Of a stretch of 58,062 bases of DNA, positions 16,796-26,376 are shown one piece after another (the first letter of the stretch is position 1; every line of letters starts with the position of its first letter). This DNA is from a virus: the IMG/VR virus record IMGVR_UViG_3300029120_000017, one strand, 5' to 3'. The notes beneath the pieces are model-generated. The model saw nothing but the letters and a program-made list of their open reading frames with translations. It did not search any database and was not told where the DNA came from. Both the position numbers and the translations under genes were made by a program.

Positions 16796-17584
16796 TTATT
16801 CCTCCTCATCTTTTACTTCTTTACCTACAAGATGTTCATTACCATCATAAGGTATGCAAAATTCGTAATGTCCTCCAAGGGTTCTAAAATTAGAAAAGCC
16901 GAATTGCTCATAATGCGAGAACAAGTCTATCTTCCAGCTTTGTTTTCTATTACGAACAAGAACTTTATCGTAAGTCTTAAAGTGTGGAGCTTTCTTTCCG
17001 ACACTCGTTATTCTTCCGCAGTCAACAACAATGGTGTAAGATTGCTCCATCAAGTCAAAGAACCATTTACGTTGTTCTTCATCGGCTTTATGAAAGTCTT
17101 TTGTTTTAACAGTCAAATGTTTTAGTCCAAACTTGTTTCCGCCAAACGAACTTGGCTTGCCGAAGTAGTCAATTATACTCATCTTTGTATAATTGCCATT
17201 TGCCCAGCAATGAAAGACAAACATATCTCCGTCTTTTTGATTGATAACGACATCACCATGTTTAAAGAACTTATTCCAATCGCGCATTTCTGACGAAGGA
17301 AATATAATACATTCGCCGCCCTGCGCTTCCTTTATTTTTCCGTATTTATCAAGCACGACATCGCGTTCTAAAGTTCCTCTTATAATTGTGTTCACGTTCT
17401 CGAGGATTATTCCACCATCGCGCGTGAATCCTTTAAGGAACGCATTGCCATACATGGTTGTGTATAGAATTATTTCATTTTCTTTGTAGTCGCGAAGAAT
17501 CTCAGCGACATTAACAGGTTCTTTTTCTGTTTCTTTCAATTCTGGCAGTGTGCAGCACTGCTCTGTGTCTTTATTAGTTGCCAT
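16796..17584 (-). CDS. hypothetical protein; shares the LPELKETE N-terminal motif with the 15541-16068 product
   Basis: 262-aa ORF; 17-nt identity tctgtttctttcaattc with the 15957-15973 region. Confidence 0.6.
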   Translation of the reverse strand: MATNKDTEQCCTLPELKETEKEPVNVAEILRDYKENEIILYTTMYGNAFLKGFTRDGGIILENVNTIIRGTLERDVVLDKYGKIKEAQGGECIIFPSSEMRDWNKFFKHGDVVINQKDGDMFVFHCWANGNYTKMSIIDYFGKPSSFGGNKFGLKHLTVKTKDFHKADEEQRKWFFDLMEQSYTIVVDCGRITSVGKKAPHFKTYDKVLVRNRKQSWKIDLFSHYEQFGFSNFRTLGGHYEFCIPYDGNEHLVGKEVKDEEE

Positions 17585-17625
17585 AGTTGTTTATTTTATT
17601 ATTGATATACTTTTTTGTTTGAACT

Positions 17626-18231
17626 TCACAGGCTCATTTTCGTGTCGGCAGAAAATGAGGTTTCATGCTGCAAGGGGCTAAATGCGGCAACGGCCCTTGT
17701 TATTATGTTGTCGAACTTGTCTTTGCTGTAAAAGTAACCAGCACATGAACTGGCGACCCAAGTGTTACAACGGTCGGACTCGGAACTACTCCAGGCACAA
17801 TAGGATTTACGTAAAAGGTTTGCACCAAGCATTTTTAGTACCTTGTTCAATTCATCACGATAAGAAACGATTGTACCCAGCTCATACAGGCTTGGAAGAT
17901 ACCACTGAATACTGCCTTTTTTGTACTGCCAGCAACGCATAGCAGCAGTCATCTCTTCCCCGTCTTCCTCGTTCTGCTTAACGATATTGCGAGTGAGTTC
18001 CAGACCGCTCAATGTCTGCAAAGCTTCTGCTTCGCTACACGTCTTATTAAATACTTTGCAGTTTTCCTCGCTGCACCAGATTTCGTTCCACTGGTCAAGA
18101 GAAATAATCACACCTATCACCTCCGTTTGGAGGATGACGCCGATTACATCGCCTCTGTCAATGCGGCCATTCTGATAGTCTTCAACTGAGGCGATGCCTT
18201 GATTTGTCTTTAGTGATATTATATGTTTCAT
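17626..18231 (-). CDS. DUF1566-like (Lcl C-terminal domain) protein
   Basis: WYLPSLYELGTI and AWSSSE motifs typical of DUF1566. Confidence 0.5.
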   Translation of the reverse strand: MKHIISLKTNQGIASVEDYQNGRIDRGDVIGVILQTEVIGVIISLDQWNEIWCSEENCKVFNKTCSEAEALQTLSGLELTRNIVKQNEEDGEEMTAAMRCWQYKKGSIQWYLPSLYELGTIVSYRDELNKVLKMLGANLLRKSYCAWSSSESDRCNTWVASSCAGYFYSKDKFDNIITRAVAAFSPLQHETSFSADTKMSL

Positions 18232-18485
18232 AATCCATCAAATTCCTTTCTATAATCCTCAAAATTCCTTCTTATACACTTCTCTACTAAATCTTCTATC
18301 TCGCTACGTTGAGCCTCCGATAGAAACGGATAAACACTAAATCCGTCCGTTGTGCGCACACCTTTAAGCCGAATTTCAAACGTATAGCCTCCTTCTATCT
18401 TCTTTATAACCTCAGAGATGAATTTCATTTCATCGGCAATCCTGTTAATAAGTTTAAGTCTTTCTTCTGTCATGATTTTAGTCAA
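18228..18485 (-). CDS. hypothetical protein
   Basis: 85-aa ORF overlapping the downstream start by 4 nt. Confidence 0.6.
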   Translation of the reverse strand: MTKIMTEERLKLINRIADEMKFISEVIKKIEGGYTFEIRLKGVRTTDGFSVYPFLSEAQRSEIEDLVEKCIRRNFEDYRKEFDGL

Positions 18486-18558
18486 TTGTGTAGGGGAGGT
18501 ATATGCACCGCTCCTTGGTGTTGCAGTGAATACCTCCCCTACGTAGAATCATTTAGTT

Positions 18559-18756
18559 TTAGTCGGTTTTATTGCATCTATCTATTGTCTGCTTCCAATA
18601 TGCAATCCATTTCCTCATTGTTGCTATATCGGAATCTCTAATATTGTAAACGGTTGAGGTATATAATTGGCCAAAAGCGCTACATTGCTCGATATGGCTA
18701 TTTGCAACCACTGCTAAAACAATGTTCAGCATTGTTCGTATTTCTTTGTATTCCAT
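18559..18756 (-). CDS. hypothetical protein, paralog of 47395-47595
   Basis: MEYKEIRTMLNIV...TVYNIRDSDIATMRKWIAYWKQTID aligns along its full length with the plus-strand 66-aa ORF. Confidence 0.6.
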   Translation of the reverse strand: MEYKEIRTMLNIVLAVVANSHIEQCSAFGQLYTSTVYNIRDSDIATMRKWIAYWKQTIDRCNKTD

Positions 18757-18798
18757 AGTCGTCTTACAAGTTATATTCTAACATAATCGCCATTTTCT

Positions 18799-19065
18799 TT
18801 AAATATCCTCGCCTCCATTTTGTGTGATTTTATAACCTCGCCCTTTCAACTCTTCAATCATAGCCTTATCGTCAAGATATTCAACAATCTCTTCGTCAAG
18901 ATATCCAACAACCTCTTCCGCGCCAAGCTTTTCGATAAACTTTTGCTGCTGTGATACGCCAAGATAATTGTAACATTCATACGCGAATTGCATCCCTGCT
19001 GATTCAGACAAACAATCCATTATGTCATCTACACCCATTCTGACAACTATTCTTGATTCACTCAT
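18799..19065 (-). CDS. hypothetical acidic protein
   Basis: 88-aa ORF in the array. Confidence 0.55.
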   Translation of the reverse strand: MSESRIVVRMGVDDIMDCLSESAGMQFAYECYNYLGVSQQQKFIEKLGAEEVVGYLDEEIVEYLDDKAMIEELKGRGYKITQNGGEDI

Positions 19066-19069
19066 AATC

Positions 19070-19858
19070 TTACCATTTTTCTTCTAATAATTTTACCAAT
19101 CCTTTACCATCGCGGAATCTGTCAGTAACAGCATCAACACACCTGCGCACATATTCATCCTTGTTAAGATTTACATCCACGCTTCCGCGAATGAATATCC
19201 TCTTCTTAATCAATTCTTCAAGCGAACAAAGGAGAGGTATAAGCGTCTCAGTGTTGTAAGCGTAAATACCTTTGATATACGAGTAATCTCTGTATTTCTC
19301 CATGTCTCCTTTGCGGCAAGCTTCTGCCAATTCTGCAACAATTCTCGTACATTCCAACTGAGCATACAAGGCAGGGTCTGTCAAGCATGGCTTACAAGCC
19401 TGCATCATGCAGTAACGCAGCGCATCATATTTCTCTTTCATGTGCTCGCTGAAGGTGTCAACGAAGTGGTCATAGCCTTCAAGATAGCTTTCTTTCTGAA
19501 TGACATTATACATCCAAGCATTCAGTCTCGCCACCTCGTCAACAATTCTTCTGCACGTCCGCTTGACTTCATGTCGATATATGTCCTTCCGCTTGGCAAG
19601 CGTGTCTACAGCATCACGTGCAAGCTTCATGGCATATTCAACGCGCATGAAATGAAGGTAGCATAAAGCAGTACAAATGCCGTATTCACGCCGCCTCTTA
19701 TCGTTCATCTTCTTCCACATCATCGCTTCTTGCTCCTGCTGAGCTTCCGCGTAGGTGACGAGCAGATTGATGTTCCTGTGAGGCACGGGCATCAATGGTT
19801 CGTGACGTATGATGCCCGTATTTGGCCTCCATCTTACATCTGGCTTCCAATCATTCAT
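19070..19858 (-). CDS. hypothetical protein
   Basis: 262-aa ORF in the array. Confidence 0.6.
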   Translation of the reverse strand: MNDWKPDVRWRPNTGIIRHEPLMPVPHRNINLLVTYAEAQQEQEAMMWKKMNDKRRREYGICTALCYLHFMRVEYAMKLARDAVDTLAKRKDIYRHEVKRTCRRIVDEVARLNAWMYNVIQKESYLEGYDHFVDTFSEHMKEKYDALRYCMMQACKPCLTDPALYAQLECTRIVAELAEACRKGDMEKYRDYSYIKGIYAYNTETLIPLLCSLEELIKKRIFIRGSVDVNLNKDEYVRRCVDAVTDRFRDGKGLVKLLEEKW

Positions 19859-20184
19859 GGCAAATCCTCCACATTAATCCATCTAAGAATATCTGCCTTA
19901 ATATCTATATCAGTAAACAGGCAAACATCGCGGCCCATGACATCACGATAAACGGCCGCATAGGCTGGCGCGGTTTTCTGTCCGCTTGGCAGTACTTTTT
20001 TCGCAAATATGATAACCTCGCTATTGATTGCTGGTTGTTCGTCTGCTCCATGCCACAAGCCTTTTGCGTATTCCTCCAGCGCTCTTCTCGCGCCAAAAAG
20101 GAAAACTTCCTGCTCTGTCTTACTCTTATAACGCTCTTTACATTCATCGTTAAGAGCATTCATAATTTTTTCTGTTAGCTTCAT
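19855..20184 (-). CDS. hypothetical protein
   Basis: 109-aa ORF with 4-nt overlaps to both neighbours. Confidence 0.6.
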   Translation of the reverse strand: MKLTEKIMNALNDECKERYKSKTEQEVFLFGARRALEEYAKGLWHGADEQPAINSEVIIFAKKVLPSGQKTAPAYAAVYRDVMGRDVCLFTDIDIKADILRWINVEDLP

Positions 20185-20351
20185 GAATTAAATCGTCTTA
20201 TTATTTTGTCAATTCCATATCTTTCTTTCTCGTCTTCGCGGATAACTCCAGCCCTGTACGCATACATTGCGCTTCGAGGAAATCTTGGAAAACCACTTGG
20301 CGACAGCCACATCTTACGAAAATAGATGTGTGTTATTTCTTTTCTTGTCAT
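20181..20351 (-). CDS. small hypothetical protein
   Basis: Internal ATG 20351 (MTRKEITHIYF...) avoids the 140-nt overlap with mazG implied by the track start at 20513. Confidence 0.4.
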   Translation of the reverse strand: MTRKEITHIYFRKMWLSPSGFPRFPRSAMYAYRAGVIREDEKERYGIDKIIRRFNS

Positions 20352-20373
20352 TACAATTATAAATTTCGTTGGT

Positions 20374-20700
20374 TTATCGATTGTCTCCGTTACCGCCAAG
20401 CATACCTCTTTCTTTGCGACTTGATAGTTTTTTAATATTCGCTTCTGCCACTTCTTCCAAGGAATAACCAAGGTCATTTGCAAGTGTTGCGCAATACCAT
20501 AAAACATCGCCAATCTCTTTCATTATTTCCTCCCTCGTAGAGGGGTCTTTAAAAAATTCTCCGTTTTTGTCGCGGAGAACCTTTTTCACTTTGTCTGCTA
20601 CCTCTCCAGCTTCCCCAGTTAAACCGATGGTAGGATAGATAATTGAATTTGGGTAAATAGCTGTTTCCAGCGCTCTTTCTTGATATTCGTTGATAGTCAT
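20374..20700 (-). CDS. mazG: MazG-like nucleoside triphosphate pyrophosphohydrolase
   Basis: 108 aa; LTGEAGEVADKVKK...EIGDVLWYCATLANDLG...NIKKLSSRKERG. Confidence 0.8.
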   Translation of the reverse strand: MTINEYQERALETAIYPNSIIYPTIGLTGEAGEVADKVKKVLRDKNGEFFKDPSTREEIMKEIGDVLWYCATLANDLGYSLEEVAEANIKKLSSRKERGMLGGNGDNR

Positions 20701-20957
20701 TTTTTATGTTTTAAGATATTATACTTCATCCAATTTTCTCTAACTTTTTCTGTCAGCTTAGCAAGATTTTCAGTAGTCCACTCTTGCTTGATTAGTGGTG
20801 TGTTACGATGGCAAAGCCATAGCTCACCATCAAATTCCATCACTTGAATTTCATTATTTGACCTCTCTTGCAATTCTTTTTTGTATTTCATTTCTGCATT
20901 ACCAAAAAAGAAATCATGAATACGCAAAAGGAGAGTGTAAAGATTCACGTTTCCCAT
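20697..20957 (-). CDS. hypothetical protein
   Basis: 86-aa ORF, 4-nt overlap with mazG. Confidence 0.55.
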   Translation of the reverse strand: MGNVNLYTLLLRIHDFFFGNAEMKYKKELQERSNNEIQVMEFDGELWLCHRNTPLIKQEWTTENLAKLTEKVRENWMKYNILKHKK

Positions 20958-20960
20958 ATT

Positions 20961-21659
20961 TTATTTGATTGATTCGCAGGATAATACTGTGATAAGATTC
21001 TTTGATTGATATTCGTGAATAAGATAAATATATTTCTTTGGCAAAAAACTCACGCCTATGCCATTAACGTTTAATCCAGATGCAATGCCAAGTTTTTCTC
21101 TTAGTTCATTGCTATCTTTTAGCACTTTCACTGTCGTTTTAAAATCCTTGCTTTCTTCATATTGATTTCTTGTTATTTTTGAAACCTCATCTTTTATATT
21201 TGAAGCCTTACGCCTTTCGAGCCTCGCTAAAGCCTGCTCCCTTTGCGGCAAAAATTCAGAATGAAAAGCAACGCCAATCCTTCTTGAATTGAAAGTGGAA
21301 TAAGAATTGTCGTACATTCCAGCCGCATATCTTGAAAAGAACAGCATCAACTCTGTCAATTTGTATGGCGCGGCAACGACAGAAAAATTACTTGCAAACA
21401 ATGAAATTGGTGTCCTCATGTTCTCTTTGCTTGAAGACATCAGGTACATCGCTGTTACTTGTTCATCTATCCACATCCTTGCAACGCCTTTCGCTTGAAA
21501 GAGTTCATCTAACGCGCCAATGGAAGGACATTCGCGTGTGTACGCTTCGTCACCTATTTGCGGTAAATAAGACCAATTGGCAGGAGAATAATTACTCAAC
21601 AAATTAGATAGGCATCTGTTCTTCTGAATCCATTGGTTTGAGATTTTGAATGCTTTCAT
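20961..21659 (-). CDS. hypothetical protein (replication module)
   Basis: ORF track 20961-21731; ATG 21659 (MKAFKISNQW...) reduces the overlap with the upstream gene. Confidence 0.55.
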   Translation of the reverse strand: MKAFKISNQWIQKNRCLSNLLSNYSPANWSYLPQIGDEAYTRECPSIGALDELFQAKGVARMWIDEQVTAMYLMSSSKENMRTPISLFASNFSVVAAPYKLTELMLFFSRYAAGMYDNSYSTFNSRRIGVAFHSEFLPQREQALARLERRKASNIKDEVSKITRNQYEESKDFKTTVKVLKDSNELREKLGIASGLNVNGIGVSFLPKKYIYLIHEYQSKNLITVLSCESIK

Positions 21660-22341
21660 TTCGATAGGCTTCAACGGCTTTATAATTAGCTGCCTGCTTA
21701 TCCGGTCCGCTGTTGTATTTACCAAATCCATTTCTACTTCTTTTTTCCCATGTTTGCAATCGTCTCGTTAAATCCCATGTCCGCTCCTGCTCAAATCTCA
21801 TCTTTGAATGTGACTTGTTCGGCTCGCTCCAGTAATCGAAAAATTCTCTTATCATTTCACGGCCATAAGTATTGACGAATGGAACTAACACGTTATAAAA
21901 CTCCCTCTCTCTTGACTTCATCTCTTGCTCTTTGTTAACTCTCGTAGGTTTAACAATAGGAGATGATTCAACCTCTTTCTCTTTTTCTGGCACAATAATA
22001 TTTTTCTCAGACACCCATCTTTTATTTGCAGCCTCCTTTCTTTTATCTTTTATTTTCTGCCTCTTTTCTATTTGTTCAATTACTTCATCCGACCAAAACG
22101 ATTCTGAATCATATTGAAATAAAGAAAAGGACTTTATGACACTCACTACAAAGTCTTTTCTTACGCATAAAACTTTTGAGATAGGTTCAATTTCTTCAAA
22201 AAGCATTTTGCCGCCGCTTTCGTACAATTCCTCCAGAATATACCAATACACGCCATAGGCCGCAGCACCTTTTCTTTCAATTAATTTTCTGAAAACATAT
22301 TCGCTTCGGTTTGAAATCTTGTGATTGATATACTCTGACAT
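21604..22341 (-). CDS. DUF4373-like (Lin1244/Lin1753 N-terminal type) replication-associated protein
   Basis: N-terminal GAAAYGVYWYILEELYESGG pattern, basic central region; sits in the recombination/replication module. Confidence 0.5.
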   Translation of the reverse strand: MSEYINHKISNRSEYVFRKLIERKGAAAYGVYWYILEELYESGGKMLFEEIEPISKVLCVRKDFVVSVIKSFSLFQYDSESFWSDEVIEQIEKRQKIKDKRKEAANKRWVSEKNIIVPEKEKEVESSPIVKPTRVNKEQEMKSREREFYNVLVPFVNTYGREMIREFFDYWSEPNKSHSKMRFEQERTWDLTRRLQTWEKRSRNGFGKYNSGPDKQAANYKAVEAYRNESIQNLKPMDSEEQMPI

Positions 22342-22781
22342 TATAAATATAATTTATTTCGTTCTACTTGTATTTCAGCTAATTGCAACAAATGATGTTC
22401 CTCTGCTGAAGGAATGTAGATACCTGCCGTTTCTGCTGACCAGTTTCTAAACCGCTCAATCGCAATTGACATTTCTTCTGTTGTCAATTCACTTGATGAC
22501 CGAATCCTTCTTGTCTTGCCAATGAAAACATCTTCTGCATCAATCACAAAGATTTCCTTATTACATAAGAGCTTGAAGTAATTCTGTTTTACGTAGTCTG
22601 CTGAAAGACCTATCGAACAAGCAAAATAGGACAATATAACATGTAGATACCTGTTTTGCTTTATTGTTCTTTTTGGCTTGCAAACACTAAACTCTACAAC
22701 ATTGTTTGCGTTTTCAAGTTCCTTTTTTACTCGCAAAAGTAGATTTTGTTTATCAAGCGGATTTTTCAGGTCGTATTTCAT
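22341..22781 (-). CDS. NinB-like recombination protein
   Basis: 146 aa (same length as lambda NinB) with RTIKQNRYLH and SSSELTTEEMSIAIERF blocks resembling NinB RSLDQNRKLW / STS...EF motifs. Confidence 0.5.
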   Translation of the reverse strand: MKYDLKNPLDKQNLLLRVKKELENANNVVEFSVCKPKRTIKQNRYLHVILSYFACSIGLSADYVKQNYFKLLCNKEIFVIDAEDVFIGKTRRIRSSSELTTEEMSIAIERFRNWSAETAGIYIPSAEEHHLLQLAEIQVERNKLYL

Positions 22782-22787
22782 AATTTA

Positions 22788-23225
22788 TCAGAAAGGCAAA
22801 TCATCGCTACCGACATATAAATTATTACCGTTTACATATTCTGGCGATAATACTTTCTTTGTTTCTTCGCTCTGATTTTGTGGTTGTGCAAAATCAGATT
22901 GCGGATTGCTCGTTTTTGCAACATTAAGCAATTGCAAATCAAAAACGTTTAGTTGCAGGGCAAATTTTGGTATTCCTTCTTTTGATACATAAGCATTACC
23001 GTCAACGCTGCCTTCAAGTAATACATACGTTCCTTTTTTTAAATATGGAAGTAACTTGCTATTGTCACCGCCTTTTATGCAGGAGATAAATTTTGTTATT
23101 TCCTTATCTTTCAATTTTCTGTTCACTGCCACCGAAAAGACAGTAAAAGCACCACTCTGTGAAGTTTTTTGTTCAGCGTCATTTGTCAAATGTGCAAGAC
23201 ATTGGTATCTTTCGTTTCCTATCAT
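22788..23225 (-). CDS. ssb: single-stranded DNA-binding protein
   Basis: 145 aa, OB-fold-like N-terminus, Q/P-rich linker, C-terminal SDDLPF tip. Confidence 0.85.
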   Translation of the reverse strand: MIGNERYQCLAHLTNDAEQKTSQSGAFTVFSVAVNRKLKDKEITKFISCIKGGDNSKLLPYLKKGTYVLLEGSVDGNAYVSKEGIPKFALQLNVFDLQLLNVAKTSNPQSDFAQPQNQSEETKKVLSPEYVNGNNLYVGSDDLPF

Positions 23226-23226
23226 T

Positions 23227-24126
23227 TTATTTCAGTTTTATTAAAATACTACTTGAAGTTTTTGTTTTCGTGATGTATTGCTCATACATCTGCGGATAAT
23301 CATTTTTGAATGCCTTTGAATCAAAACATAATCGATAAGTTTCTGGCTTTCTTGTTATGGAAATTCTCTGTCCGTCATATTTCTTTATATCATGTTGCAT
23401 CATAATAGCCAAGATTCCTTCTTTGAGCTTATCGTATTGCGCCTTATAAAATTCCATCGCTTCTTTATATTCAATTAGCGCTGCCTCCGCGCGATTGATG
23501 TCTGGCATCATTGCTTCGTCAACGGTGGTGACTGACAACGCTTCTTCCGTATAAAGCAACTTCTTGACATCTTCAATAGATTTTCGCTCTACTTCAACGA
23601 CCTTATATTTGTCTTCCCTAAACCAAAGAGCATAGAGTTTTTTGACCTCTACATCTGGATTGATAAGGTTAAAGAAATAAGCATAAATAGACAATTGCCA
23701 ACTTACGTATTCCTCATTAAGATGGTACGTGGTCTTCACATCACCGAGAATAACGCCATCATCTTCTACATAAACCTTATCTATTGCTGAAGCATATTTT
23801 TCGCCGTCAGTGATAAGATATTCGCTTTGCAGATGGTTGGCAAGGAAAGGAAATTCCGTCTGTGCCTTCATGTAGTTTTGAAGTTCTTGGCATTCATTCG
23901 TTATCAATCCTACTTCATCATACAATTCAAGTATATTGTGAATCCTCGTGCCTCTTGTCGCTGCACGTTGCAACACCTCTTCGGGAACATCTTTATACTC
24001 ATCGGGGAAGGCTCGTTCTTTGAGCCTTCCCGTGATTCCGTGCAGTACTTCTCCATCCTTGGTGCAATAGGTGTGGCTCTCTGCATCAAACAGGATTCCG
24101 CTGTCATTCAGTTTTATCTTCTTCAT
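23227..24126 (-). CDS. PD-(D/E)xK family exonuclease (recombination partner of Erf)
   Basis: 299 aa; IDKVYVEDDGVILGDVKTTY...WQLSIYAYF (D...D-x-K...Q..Y) pattern; position between erf and ssb. Confidence 0.6.
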   Translation of the reverse strand: MKKIKLNDSGILFDAESHTYCTKDGEVLHGITGRLKERAFPDEYKDVPEEVLQRAATRGTRIHNILELYDEVGLITNECQELQNYMKAQTEFPFLANHLQSEYLITDGEKYASAIDKVYVEDDGVILGDVKTTYHLNEEYVSWQLSIYAYFFNLINPDVEVKKLYALWFREDKYKVVEVERKSIEDVKKLLYTEEALSVTTVDEAMMPDINRAEAALIEYKEAMEFYKAQYDKLKEGILAIMMQHDIKKYDGQRISITRKPETYRLCFDSKAFKNDYPQMYEQYITKTKTSSSILIKLK

Positions 24127-24226
24127 CGTCCTCGTCTTTATTGGCTATATGTTGTGCATATACAACAACGGTTAACATCGCCACCATAATCAGCATGGCG
24201 ATAATACAAAATGCAATTCTTATCAT
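24104..24226 (-). CDS. 40-aa single-TM peptide with acidic tail (putative)
   Basis: ATG 24226 overlaps the erf stop as ATGA; MIRIAFCIIAMLIMVAMLTVVVYAQHIANKDEDDEEDKTE; below the ORF-track cutoff. Confidence 0.3.
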   Translation of the reverse strand: MIRIAFCIIAMLIMVAMLTVVVYAQHIANKDEDDEEDKTE

Positions 24227-24873
24227 TTCGGGTATTTTTTAGATGCCTCTTGAACGGCCTCACTAAATCTCGGATTGGATTGCAAGTCCTTATTCTCGTT
24301 CCAAATCGTTGTAAGTGTCTTTCTGCTTCTCGCGTGGCTTATATCTTGCAGGAGCAACATCAAACGCTCTTCATCGACCTGCGGCGCTTGCTGTTTCACT
24401 TGCTTTGGCGCTTGTTTTGGCTTGGCCTGGCTCACCGTTGCTGTTGTACTCTGTTGTGCAGCTTGTACCTGTTGCGCGTATTCATTCGTATCTGCATCTT
24501 TAGTGTCGTCAATAGCAAAGAGATTACCAAGCGCATATTTCTTGGCATAGCTCATTGCAGCACCTGTAATCTGCGAACCATCCATACCTTTTTTCGTTTC
24601 TTCCTCGCGTGCCATACCGCTTGCACTCTCGCTTGTTTTCCCATCCGAAATCGTCACCGTGCATTCTACATAGATGCGATTTAGATGTTCGCTGATTTTC
24701 GATTCCGTCACAAGCGTCAAACCCATCTCGCGGAGGAAGGGTTTTGTCGCGGCCAATATGCTTTCTGCGCTTCTATAACGATAGTTACCAAACTTGTTAT
24801 ACAAGTCCTTCGGCGCTTCTAACTTTGTCTGAATCAGATTCAGTTTTTCGTGTAATGTCATTTTATTTTCCAT
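24223..24873 (-). CDS. erf: Erf-family single-strand annealing protein
   Basis: ATG 24873 (MENKMTLHEKLNLIQTKL...); FGNYRYRSAESILAATKPFLREMGL and GAAMSYAKKYALGNLFAIDD blocks typical of ERF proteins. Confidence 0.75.
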   Translation of the reverse strand: MENKMTLHEKLNLIQTKLEAPKDLYNKFGNYRYRSAESILAATKPFLREMGLTLVTESKISEHLNRIYVECTVTISDGKTSESASGMAREEETKKGMDGSQITGAAMSYAKKYALGNLFAIDDTKDADTNEYAQQVQAAQQSTTATVSQAKPKQAPKQVKQQAPQVDEERLMLLLQDISHARSRKTLTTIWNENKDLQSNPRFSEAVQEASKKYPK

Positions 24874-24883
24874 TGTGTTTGAA

Positions 24884-24924
24884 TTTAAAAAGCAAAGCCG
24901 TCCGTACTTGCAGGTACGAACGGC
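24884..24924 (-). terminator. hairpin plus T-tract (rho-independent terminator-like) immediately upstream of erf
   Basis: Stem 24897-24907 / 24914-24924 (one mismatch), followed on the minus strand by tttgcttttt. Confidence 0.45.
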
Positions 24925-25077
24925 CACCTTAGTATGAATTATGAGTATGACAAGCGGAAGAACTAATTATCCCAATCCGTTGCGACCGCCCCTGTTAACT
25001 ATAGTCTCCTACCATTAACAAGTTGAATATTTGATAGAAATATCTTTCTTATATATAGCATAAAATAAACGTAATTG

Positions 25078-25314
25078 TCAAAAATCCCCATTAAGGAGTG
25101 ATTCTATCTCTTCTATCTCGTGTCTATCGCTCCAATAGGAAATCAAAACCATTGTGACATAAACAAGCAAGCATGCTGCTGCTTTTGTCAGCACCAAAAA
25201 GGCAATAAACCTCAGAGTGCTCCAGCTATCGTCTGGCATAGCGATAAACAATATTGCCGACATAAAGTTCAAGGCAAAGAGAACGTAATATCTGTAATTT
25301 GTAAATGCTTTCAT
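25078..25314 (-). CDS. small membrane protein
   Basis: 78 aa with at least two hydrophobic helices. Confidence 0.55.
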   Translation of the reverse strand: MKAFTNYRYYVLFALNFMSAILFIAMPDDSWSTLRFIAFLVLTKAAACLLVYVTMVLISYWSDRHEIEEIESLLNGDF

Positions 25315-25326
25315 GATTATAGTTTT

Positions 25327-25677
25327 TTATTCTGCGTCACTTTTTCCATTACTGCTTGAACCTGCCACCCATCGCCTTACTGGACTTAATGTCATGATTG
25401 CAGAAGGGTAATCGTTGCTTATTATACTCTCAAAAACAATTGTCATCCGTCCTTCCATACCTTCTTTAATTGCAAGATGAATATCTCTGCTTCGTCTATT
25501 TAAAGCATTAATTTTATTAAGACGATGTCTGAGGTCAGCTAAAAAAATATCTAATGTATATTCCTCGTCAGTTTCTACAAGTAAACCCTTGAAGCCCGAC
25601 AAATATTCTCTAAGCATCTTTTCTTTGCTGTTTCTAACATTACATGAAATCGAAACAACATAATAATATTTCTTCAT
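25327..25677 (-). CDS. hypothetical protein
   Basis: 116-aa ORF. Confidence 0.55.
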   Translation of the reverse strand: MKKYYYVVSISCNVRNSKEKMLREYLSGFKGLLVETDEEYTLDIFLADLRHRLNKINALNRRSRDIHLAIKEGMEGRMTIVFESIISNDYPSAIMTLSPVRRWVAGSSSNGKSDAE

Positions 25678-25697
25678 AATACATTTTATTTATTGGT

Positions 25698-25797
25698 TGG
25701 TGCAGGTGAGAGGAATCGAACCTCTTATCTCACATATTCTATTTAATCATACAACCATGGAACTTTAAAAACATGAGACCCAGTCTCAATCACCTGC
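25698..25797 (-). ncRNA. tRNA-like element A (100 nt, encoded CCA); acceptor, D-arm and T-arm canonical, about 47-nt AT-rich non-canonical middle
   Basis: 5' gcaggtg pairs with 3' cacctgc-a-cca. D-arm tgag/actgggt/ctca. T-arm agagg/ttcgatt/cctct. I could find no 5-bp/7-nt anticodon arm. Confidence 0.5.
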
Positions 25798-25902
25798 GTG
25801 TAGCTCGCTGCGTAACGGAAATCTTCTCACCCATAACTTTTCACAGTATCATTTGCGATGCAACGCTTTGCACCTCGTGACGCGAACCGCAGCGAGCTTG
25901 TA

Positions 25903-26250
25903 TCAATAAGGAAAATCGTACATCAGCGATTGTTCATGCTCCTCGTACAATTTTGCCTCTCTGTCAAGTTTTTCGTACGCCTCTCGTTTGAGAGTTGCGT
26001 AAAGCCCTGAATATTCGTTGAGGATAAGGATTTTCAATTTCACATCCTCCTCATCTTCTTCTATGTTATAGACGGAGCAATCACTACATTGCCAATCCTC
26101 ATCAACGATTAATTCGACTTCGTAATTCTTCTTGCATATCTCCATGTAGAAGTTGGCAGTGAGATAACCGCGTGTGCGGCAGATACATTGCTCTTCCGCA
26201 TCCTGCATCAGCAATTCTCTTATCTCAGCAATTCTCTTAATCTTATTCAT
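25903..26250 (-). CDS. hypothetical acidic Cys-containing protein
   Basis: 115-aa ORF between tRNA-like elements A and B. Confidence 0.5.
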   Translation of the reverse strand: MNKIKRIAEIRELLMQDAEEQCICRTRGYLTANFYMEICKKNYEVELIVDEDWQCSDCSVYNIEEDEEDVKLKILILNEYSGLYATLKREAYEKLDREAKLYEEHEQSLMYDFPY

Positions 26251-26267
26251 ACAACAAGGTTTTAAAT

Positions 26268-26354
26268 TGGCTCAGATAGGTGGTCTCGAACCACCTGTGC
26301 CGCCAAGTCCAAACGCAAACGAAAGGTGAATGCGCCAGCTATCGGCATATCTGA
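26268..26354 (-). ncRNA. tRNA-like element B (87 nt, encoded CCA), non-canonical interior
   Basis: 5' tcagata pairs with 3' tatctga-g-cca. T-arm ggtgg/ttcgaga/ccacc. The interior folds as a 6-bp stem (incl. two G-U pairs) with a 13-nt loop instead of a normal anticodon arm. Confidence 0.45.
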
Positions 26355-26376
26355 GGAGTATATGAAGTTGATTATG

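Noticed and set aside
20181-20513. Full 110-aa ORF overlapping the 3' third of mazG
   Set aside because: The N-terminal 54 codons are a shadow of the mazG frame. Only the part downstream of the mazG stop (from ATG 20351) is kept, at low confidence.
24211-24684. Plus-strand ORFs (157, 91 and 62 aa) across the erf gene
   Set aside because: They are antisense to a motif-supported Erf ORF, and their Cys/Leu-rich composition is typical of shadow frames.
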